DNA from: Candidatus Altiarchaeota archaeon
GTDB lineage: Archaea; Altiarchaeota; Altiarchaeia; IMC4; SCGC-AAA252-I15
Assembly: GCA_043800255.1 (NCBI GenBank)
Contig: JAZDNF010000010.1
Location: 32,001-96,000 of the forward strand
DNA: 64,000 nt
Direction: 5' to 3'
Within the stretch, counting starts at the first letter, position 1; the number at the start of each line of letters is the position of its first letter. Below, piece after piece: positions 57,700 to 64,000 of this stretch. Both the position numbers and the translations under genes were made by a program. Below the pieces are notes generated by a model. The model was not told where the DNA came from, did no database searches, and worked only from the letters and a program-made list of their open reading frames with translations.

Positions 57700-58604
57700 C
57701 AGGCACGAAGGTCATAAAACTGAATCTAGAAGACGGTGGTTCAGCTGAAAAATTGCCGAAGCTTATGGACTCGGGGGTGGAGGATGTTGTGAAGGCCTTT
57801 ACAGAGGTAAAATTCAAATCCGTTGACGAGTATTATGGCCTGGTCACAGATCGCGTGCGGGACTTTGATGTCACACAACTCCAGTTGCAGCGTGTACTCA
57901 ACTCTATTGAAGCACAAGCTGGTTCTAGGAAGTTCTTCGAAAGGGATGCGGGGCTGTTCCTGACAGCGTTGATCCAGACATCTGATCGAGACGAATTCGC
58001 CTTAGAACCAACAATGCCCATAGGATACTTGGGACACAAACTGGCAGGAGGCAAGAAAATCACAGTAAAAGGAAATGTAGGAAATCAAATTGGACACCTT
58101 ATGCAGGATGGGACTGTCATCATAGAAGGCAGCGCCCAGAATTTCACAGGATATGAGATGACCGGCGGAGAGATAATAATCAAGGGGGATGTGGGTGCTA
58201 GCACTGGCAACAACATGAGAGGCGGGAAGATTCACGTCATCGAAAACGCCGGAGACCTCACAGCTCAACGGATGGCTGGCGGTATGATAGAGGTTGACGG
58301 CAAAGTTGGACACCATACAGGCGAGAATATGCAAGCAGGCACCATAAAAGTTAAGGGGGATGCGGGGGTAGGGACAGGTTGTGGCATGGAGGGAGGATTG
58401 ATTGAACTAGGGGGCAATGCAGGGGCCAACACCGGAGAGCTTATGCGCGGCACAGGCAAGATTATAGTGAACGGCAAAATCGAAAGCATATCCTCTGAGT
58501 ACTCTACGGGGGAGATCTGGGAGGGCTCCACCAAGATGAGGCCAACGAAAGTGGGTGAAGTGATTGGAAAATTCGGCGATATGATGCGAAAAACCGGACT
58601 CTAA
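57696..58604 (+). CDS. Array paralog 69 (302 aa)
   Basis: Start moved from 57597 to MTGTK at 57696; AGLFLTALIQTS; extended tail. Confidence 0.9.
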   Translation: MTGTKVIKLNLEDGGSAEKLPKLMDSGVEDVVKAFTEVKFKSVDEYYGLVTDRVRDFDVTQLQLQRVLNSIEAQAGSRKFFERDAGLFLTALIQTSDRDEFALEPTMPIGYLGHKLAGGKKITVKGNVGNQIGHLMQDGTVIIEGSAQNFTGYEMTGGEIIIKGDVGASTGNNMRGGKIHVIENAGDLTAQRMAGGMIEVDGKVGHHTGENMQAGTIKVKGDAGVGTGCGMEGGLIELGGNAGANTGELMRGTGKIIVNGKIESISSEYSTGEIWEGSTKMRPTKVGEVIGKFGDMMRKTGL

Positions 58605-58611
58605 AAATAAT

Positions 58612-59481
58612 ATGGCCCAAGAGAAGATCATTAAACTGAGGCTGGAAGACGCTGCTGGAGGGGACAAGCTCCCAAAGCTGATGGATGATAAGGTAGACGA
58701 GAAAGCCATTCAGAAGCTTTTGGGCGTATACAAGACGACGAGACATGAGGGGCAGCTAAGGGATTACACGACTGAAATGCATGAGAAATACTTTCAAAGT
58801 ATGTTAGATTCTACAAGAGAGTTTAACGTAAACTCTGCAAGTTTGAAGGAGATTGCGAATGTGCTGCAGAAAGAATACTATCCTCAGGAACTTCTCAAAT
58901 CAAAGGCTGACAATCTAAGGCCCGTCGCCTCCGACAAGATCGGGCTTTTCCTATCAGCCCTCATCGAGAACTCAGAACACGGCGTATTCACAATCGAGGC
59001 ATCAGAGAGCATAGGCTACATCGGCTATCGCCTCAAAGCCGGGAAGATGATAACCCTCTTAGGCGATGCTGGCCCGTGCACAGGACACGAGATGTCCGGA
59101 GGCGAGATAATAATCGACGGCTCTCAGGACAACTGGCTCGGCTGCAGGATGTCAGGCGGGACTATACAAGTGAACGGGGATGCGAAGGGCTATACCGGAG
59201 ACCACATGAGCGGGGGAACCATAAACATAAGCGGCAGAGCCGAGCACGTAATCGGAAGAGGAATGCGCGGCGGGAAGATAACTATAGGAAAGAACGCTGG
59301 AAGGATCGTAGGCTTTAACATGATCGACGGCGAAATACACGTCAAAGGAGACGTTGATGAACTGGTGGGTGAACATATGGGAGGAGGAATCATCAGAGTC
59401 GATGGGGAGTTGAAGGGAGTATACCCCGACTGTTATGGCGGAGAAATCTGGCAAGCCAATACGAAGGTGTGGTCTAAATGA
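58612..59481 (+). CDS. Array paralog 70 (289 aa)
   Basis: MAQEKIIKLRL leader; relative of paralog 7. Confidence 0.9.
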   Translation: MAQEKIIKLRLEDAAGGDKLPKLMDDKVDEKAIQKLLGVYKTTRHEGQLRDYTTEMHEKYFQSMLDSTREFNVNSASLKEIANVLQKEYYPQELLKSKADNLRPVASDKIGLFLSALIENSEHGVFTIEASESIGYIGYRLKAGKMITLLGDAGPCTGHEMSGGEIIIDGSQDNWLGCRMSGGTIQVNGDAKGYTGDHMSGGTINISGRAEHVIGRGMRGGKITIGKNAGRIVGFNMIDGEIHVKGDVDELVGEHMGGGIIRVDGELKGVYPDCYGGEIWQANTKVWSK

Positions 59482-60203
59482 CCGGGACAAAAATTGTCAA
59501 ACTGAAATTGGAGGGTGTGGGATCAGGGGAGAAGTTACCTACTATAAAGGAGGATCCGTTGCTCGAATACCATATGCTCTTCGAGAAAGCGCCCTACGAT
59601 GGCAATACTGAGATCTTTTACGCTGATATGCTCAGAGAGCTAGACCGTAACGGTCTATCGCAGAAGGAAATCCAGGCGATAGTCGACAAGATACCTGACA
59701 CCAGGGAAACAGATTCCACGCTGAGGCGGCAATATTATGAGAAAGTCGGGCTCTTCATGTCAGCTCTGGTAGAGGGCTCCAAAGATCATGAAGTGAAGGT
59801 AAAAATCAGACGTCCGTTCAATTACGTGGGGTTCAGGATGGGCGAGAACAAGAAACTAACGGTGGAAGGCAACCTCGGGGACCATACTGCTTTCGGATTA
59901 GACGGCGGAGACCTCACAATAGTGGGGAACACAGAAGACAATACTGCGATATACATGAGATGCGGCAGCCTGAACATCAAAGGCAACACCGGAAAAAACA
60001 TCGGATGCAGCATGGTCACAGGCGCAATCAATGTTAGCGGAAACGCAGGCGACAATGTAGGAGATAGGATACACGGAGGCCTGATAGACGTGGGAGGCAG
60101 CATCGGAAAGATCGGGACGCCGGTGGACGGCAGCGTCGAAGGCTATGTTGGGCCTGACAGATACGGCGAAATCCGCCACAAGGGAGTGAGGGTCGCACCA
60201 TGA
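59478..60203 (+). CDS. Array paralog 71 (241 aa)
   Basis: Leader, VGLFMSALVEGS. Confidence 0.9.
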   Translation: MTGTKIVKLKLEGVGSGEKLPTIKEDPLLEYHMLFEKAPYDGNTEIFYADMLRELDRNGLSQKEIQAIVDKIPDTRETDSTLRRQYYEKVGLFMSALVEGSKDHEVKVKIRRPFNYVGFRMGENKKLTVEGNLGDHTAFGLDGGDLTIVGNTEDNTAIYMRCGSLNIKGNTGKNIGCSMVTGAINVSGNAGDNVGDRIHGGLIDVGGSIGKIGTPVDGSVEGYVGPDRYGEIRHKGVRVAP

Positions 60204-61051
60204 CCGGCACAAAGATTGTGAAACTCAAACTGGACGATGAAGGCCAGGCTGATCGGCTGCCGAAGCTGAAAGAGGGGATAGTAGATGATGTCATCAGAAT
60301 GTATGAGAAGAACAACAGCCAGGATATTGATCTGTTCCGGCCGTTTGTCCGGCAGGATATCCAAGGATTCAATGTTAGCCCAAAGCAGCTTCGGGAAATT
60401 CTGTCAAAGCTTGAATCAAATTTCGGCAGCAGTTCGGGTTACGCCCTAGAGGCGGCGGTAGTCCTAACCTATCTGATAATGAATTCAACGCACAAGGAGT
60501 TCACAATAAGGCCACTCCAGAGACTTGACCGTCTCGGTGAGATGCTGGGCGAGGGGAAGACGATAATAGTCGAGGGGAAGCTGGGACATATGGCGGGAGC
60601 TGGCATGGATGGGGGTACGATAATCGTTAAAGGGGATACGATGGGTGAGACAGGATGTGCGATGAAAAGGGGAAAGATTGTCATAGACGGGAATACTGGC
60701 GGACTCACCGGATGGAAGATGGAGGGGGGAACGCTGGAAGTGAGAGGAAATGTCGCGAAGAAACTGGGGCTTCAGATGAGTGGCGGCAGCATCAAAGTGG
60801 TAGGCGACGCGGAAGATGATGGGGGAGAGTTCATGGAAGGTGGGAACATTGAAGTGTTTGGGAACGTGGGAGACAGGTTAGGCATGAACATGAAAGGCGG
60901 CGAAATCCACATCAAAGGCAAATGCGGTAAAAATACCGGACTTAGGATGAACGAGGGTAAACTACTGGTGGATGGCAGAATAGCGAGCATAAGCAAAGAA
61001 TACCACTCTGGAGAAATCTGGGAAGCTGGTGTCAGGAGGAGGCCAAAGTGA
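60200..61051 (+). CDS. Array paralog 72 (283 aa)
   Basis: Leader, AAVVLTYLIMNS. Confidence 0.9.
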   Translation: MTGTKIVKLKLDDEGQADRLPKLKEGIVDDVIRMYEKNNSQDIDLFRPFVRQDIQGFNVSPKQLREILSKLESNFGSSSGYALEAAVVLTYLIMNSTHKEFTIRPLQRLDRLGEMLGEGKTIIVEGKLGHMAGAGMDGGTIIVKGDTMGETGCAMKRGKIVIDGNTGGLTGWKMEGGTLEVRGNVAKKLGLQMSGGSIKVVGDAEDDGGEFMEGGNIEVFGNVGDRLGMNMKGGEIHIKGKCGKNTGLRMNEGKLLVDGRIASISKEYHSGEIWEAGVRRRPK

Positions 61052-61770
61052 CGGGCACTAAGGTTGTAAAGCTGAAACTTGAGGATAATGGTCAGGCTGA
61101 TAAACTGCCGAAGCTGAAAGACCCGCTCACAAAGGAGATCGCAAAAATTTTCGAGGAGACTGGCTACTGGCAGCTTGGGGCGAGCGGCCGTGATGCCCCA
61201 GAGTTCTACTACTTGGTGGTTCAGGAAAAAACGGAGAAATATGATGTCAGCCCCGAAGAGCTGCAGCTCATACTTGCGGATATTGAAGGGGGAGACCGCA
61301 GCAGAGCATGGTTTGACAGGTGCGCTGGCATATTCCTGACAGCCTTGGTGAACAACTCCAGCCGCGATGAGTTCAGAATAACGCCTCAGATAAAATTGGA
61401 CGGGATAGGCTACAGGCTCCAGAAGGGGAAGAAGATAACAGTTGACGGAGACGTCGGCGGATGGGTGGGACAGTACATGGAAGGTGGCACGCTCATAGTC
61501 AACGGAAACGCAGATGATGCTCTTGGAGAGGGGATGGAGGATGGACGGGTTATCGTTACCGGCAGTGCAGGAAACAACGTCGGCTTCCACATGGCAGACG
61601 GGTACATCGAAATCGGAAAAGAGACAGACGTCTTCACAGGAGACCGGGCGGAGGGGGGCAAAATCCTGGTAAAGGGGAAGGTAGGGCAATGCATCCCCCG
61701 GTATGAGGGCGGGGAACTCTGGGAAAGAGACCGAAAAATACTCCCAATGAAGAAAAGCAGATTAAAATGA
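61048..61770 (+). CDS. Array paralog 73 (240 aa, GTG start)
   Basis: GTGA overlap; AGIFLTALVNNS. Confidence 0.9.
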   Translation: MTGTKVVKLKLEDNGQADKLPKLKDPLTKEIAKIFEETGYWQLGASGRDAPEFYYLVVQEKTEKYDVSPEELQLILADIEGGDRSRAWFDRCAGIFLTALVNNSSRDEFRITPQIKLDGIGYRLQKGKKITVDGDVGGWVGQYMEGGTLIVNGNADDALGEGMEDGRVIVTGSAGNNVGFHMADGYIEIGKETDVFTGDRAEGGKILVKGKVGQCIPRYEGGELWERDRKILPMKKSRLK

Positions 61771-62849
61771 CCGGGACTAAAGTTGTCAAGCTGAAACTGG
61801 AAGGTGATGGTGCAGAGAATTTTCCGAAACTGAAGGCTGGGGCTGCTGTGGGAGAGGCAGTACAACTTTATAAAACGATCGAATTCGAAGATAAACCTAT
61901 AGAGGACATGTGCACTGTCGACGGTAGGACAGCGGGATTAAATCTGAAACCCTCTGAGATTCAGACGGTGCTCGATATATTAGAAGAAGAGCACGGTGAG
62001 GATGAGGGATACCTTCAGAATGCAGGACTCTATATCACTGCGTTGATAAAAAACTCAGACGACAAGACGTTCACAATAAAGACGAGAAAGCCGCTAGACC
62101 ATTTCGGGAATTTCATGTCAGGGAAAGAGGTTGAAGTAGTCGGGGACATTGGCAAATGGGCTGGGGTGGGCATGAAAGACTGCAGACTAGGGATAACGGG
62201 AAGTGCGGGGGAGCTTGCCGGGTGGATGATGGGCAACAGCACGCTGAAAGTCTCAGGCGATGTCGGAAAAAAAACAGGGAATGAGATGGAAAACAGCAGA
62301 CTTATCATAGGAGGCAACGCCGGAGAATATCTGGGCTCGAGGATGAAGAGTGGAAAGATTCTGGTAGAAGGTGATGTCCAGGGTTGGATGGGGAATGAAA
62401 TGGAAAGCGGAGAGATAACCGTCAGAGGAAACATTGGCGGCGCCCTCTGCTGGAACATGAAATCCGGAAAAATAAAAATTGAAGGAAATGCTGGCGACTC
62501 GATAGGAACGTGGATGAAAGATGGGGAGATTACTATCGAAGGCAGAGCAGGCAGCAGAGTGGGCTGGCTGCTGAAAGGCGGGAAGATACTGGTCAAAGGG
62601 GGTGTTGACGATGAGCTGGGACGCGAGATGACTGGCGGCGAAATAACCGTGGAAGGCAGTGCGAGAAGCTTAGCGGGCGCTGGAATGAAAAAGGGGACAA
62701 TAAAAATCGGGAAAGATGGAGGATACAACCTAGGCTCCAAAATGGAAGGCGGACGCATCGAAGTCGGCGGAACCATTGAGAACATAGCCTCTGACATCCA
62801 AGGCGGGGTAATCTACAGCAAAGAGGAGAAGGTGTGGCCTAAATGGTAA
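61767..62849 (+). CDS. Array paralog 74 (360 aa, ~11 coils)
   Basis: Leader, AGLYITALIKNS; longest single-module member. Confidence 0.9.
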   Translation: MTGTKVVKLKLEGDGAENFPKLKAGAAVGEAVQLYKTIEFEDKPIEDMCTVDGRTAGLNLKPSEIQTVLDILEEEHGEDEGYLQNAGLYITALIKNSDDKTFTIKTRKPLDHFGNFMSGKEVEVVGDIGKWAGVGMKDCRLGITGSAGELAGWMMGNSTLKVSGDVGKKTGNEMENSRLIIGGNAGEYLGSRMKSGKILVEGDVQGWMGNEMESGEITVRGNIGGALCWNMKSGKIKIEGNAGDSIGTWMKDGEITIEGRAGSRVGWLLKGGKILVKGGVDDELGREMTGGEITVEGSARSLAGAGMKKGTIKIGKDGGYNLGSKMEGGRIEVGGTIENIASDIQGGVIYSKEEKVWPKW

Positions 62850-63532
62850 ATACTAACGTAGTCAAACTGAAGCTGGAAGGCGGGTCTGAGGGCAGGCTGC
62901 CCAAGCTTATGGACGATACGGTTGAGAGGGCGGTTGAGCTATTCGACGAGGGCAGGCATGATGGTTATCCTCCGAAAAGTTTTGAGACTTATCTGCGTCA
63001 GACTAGCGACATAAGCGTGTCAGAGCGGCAATTGCAGGACATCGTTGACAGAATATGGGAGAAACACGGTGATGCGGAGAATACCGATGACCATCTGGGA
63101 TTGTATGTGTCCGCTCTTGTCAGCAGTTCAAAACACAGCAAATTCAGGATTGAGACTCCCAAGCCGCTGAATAATCTCGGTTACAGGCTGCCGAAAGGCA
63201 AGACTCTCATAATCGGTGGCGATGCAGGAAGGCATTTGGGCTCCCTAAATGCCGGGCAGATAATCGTGAAAGGCGACGCCGGGGATTACATCGGCTGGGA
63301 GATGAAAGAGGGCCAGATACTCGTCGAAGGCAACGCCGGCATGTATGTTGGATGTTATATGCGCAGCGGAGAGATTCAAGTTAGAGGGCAGGCCGATCCG
63401 ATGGTCGGCATAAACATGACCGGCGGATTCATACGAGTCGGAAAGCTGTCAGAGGGTGAGGGCATCAGCGCAGCATATCAAGGAGGCGAAATCTGGGAAG
63501 GAAACAAAAAAGTCAGACCAAAAGAAACATGA
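62843..63532 (+). CDS. Array paralog 75 (229 aa)
   Basis: MVNTNVVKLKL variant leader, 7-nt overlap (ATGGTAA); LGLYVSALVSSS. Confidence 0.88.
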   Translation: MVNTNVVKLKLEGGSEGRLPKLMDDTVERAVELFDEGRHDGYPPKSFETYLRQTSDISVSERQLQDIVDRIWEKHGDAENTDDHLGLYVSALVSSSKHSKFRIETPKPLNNLGYRLPKGKTLIIGGDAGRHLGSLNAGQIIVKGDAGDYIGWEMKEGQILVEGNAGMYVGCYMRSGEIQVRGQADPMVGINMTGGFIRVGKLSEGEGISAAYQGGEIWEGNKKVRPKET

Positions 63533-64000
63533 CTGGGACTAAAATTGTCAAACTAAGATTGGAGGATGGTAGGAAAGAGAACCTCCCCGGCCTCAGGGAT
63601 GTGCTATCTGAACCGCAGGCTGAGGAGCTGGTCAGAATATGCGGCCGGATAAACTATGATGATGCCGGCAAATACTATAAGTTAGCGTTGGCTGCGACAA
63701 AAAAATACAATCTAACCTCGTTGGAGCTGCAGACGGTGGTCGAAGGTTTAGAGAAAAGCTCTTCTGCTGGTTATGAATCCCTCAACAGGAGCGGCATCTT
63801 CTTAACGGCATTAATCCAGAATTCAAAGCAACGGGAGTTCACGATAAAGACAAACAAACCCCTAAACTGCTTCGGATGCTCATTAAGCGGCCACAAGAGC
63901 ATAACAGTCAACGGGGACCTCGGCCACAACGCTGGCTTGGACATGATAAACGGGACAATCCACGTATATGGCAAGACGGGAAACTCGACAGGAAACTCGA
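63529..64000 (+). CDS. Array paralog 76 (3'-truncated by window edge; not in the ORF track)
   Basis: ATGA overlap; translated by hand as MTGTKIVKLRLEDGRKENLPGLR...SGIFLTALIQNS...GDLGHNAG, open to the edge. Confidence 0.85.
   Translation, partial: MTGTKIVKLRLEDGRKENLPGLRDVLSEPQAEELVRICGRINYDDAGKYYKLALAATKKYNLTSLELQTVVEGLEKSSSAGYESLNRSGIFLTALIQNSKQREFTIKTNKPLNCFGCSLSGHKSITVNGDLGHNAGLDMINGTIHVYGKTGNSTGNS

Noticed and set aside
362-63532. Annotating the paralogs as fwdC/fmdC or glutamate synthase subunits
   Set aside because: Only the GXGXG beta-helix is shared. No FwdA/B/D, ferredoxin, amidotransferase or FMN domains are in the window, and the leader and helical domain are extra, so no gene symbol was assigned.
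299-63974. Many minus-strand ORFs (e.g. 19774-21054, 426 aa; 60772-61689; 6980-7849) with PPxxxP.SPAFP repeats
   Set aside because: They are antisense shadows of the Gly-rich coils (GGN reads as Pro) lying over strong plus-strand genes, with no independent motifs.
3-64000. Diversity-generating retroelement driving the variation
   Set aside because: No reverse transcriptase is visible, and no TR/VR pair differing only at adenines was seen. The 73-bp repeat is exact and both copies are coding. An RT elsewhere in the genome cannot be excluded.
3-64000. Integron-type cassette array or CRISPR array
   Set aside because: Genes overlap directly, leaving no attC sites or repeat-spacer units, and no integrase or cas gene is seen.
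3-64000. Whole array as an assembly artefact of collapsed or chimeric repeats
   Set aside because: Most paralogs are clearly divergent in nucleotide sequence with intact frames and consistent overlaps. Only short exact repeats were seen, so local mis-joins remain possible but a wholesale artefact is unlikely.

Overview
The window is almost entirely one tandem array of 76 same-strand paralogous genes (74 complete, 2 cut by the window edges). The shared architecture has four parts: (i) a conserved ~22-aa leader, MTGTK(I/V)(I/V)KL(K/R)L(E/D)xxxxx(K/R)LPxL(K/R); (ii) a variable helical domain ending in G-x-(F/L)-L-(T/S)-A-L-x-x-N-S; (iii) about 3-11 copies of a 19-aa Gly-rich coil of the GXGXG type, the beta-helix of FwdC/FmdC and of the glutamate synthase GltB C-terminal domain; (iv) a short GGEIW...KVWPK-type tail. 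By my count 59 of the 74 paralog-to-paralog junctions are 4-nt ATGA/GTGA stop-start overlaps. The array is interrupted once (14002-18824) by a divergent pair: a HEXXH + vWA (MIDAS) protein, and a MoxR-type AAA+ ATPase with a C-terminal rhodanese domain. Five intergenic gaps carry a related ~40-bp promoter-like element. No Fwd/Fmd or glutamate synthase partner subunits, RNA genes, mobile elements, CRISPR array or reverse transcriptase are visible. My working hypothesis, which is inference only, is a diversified repertoire of beta-helix binding proteins with a constant N-terminal tag, handled by a dedicated AAA+/vWA chaperone pair. An archaeal host is likely but unproven. Many start coordinates were moved from the ORF track to the MTGTK leader. 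Family assignments come from motif recognition, not database searches.
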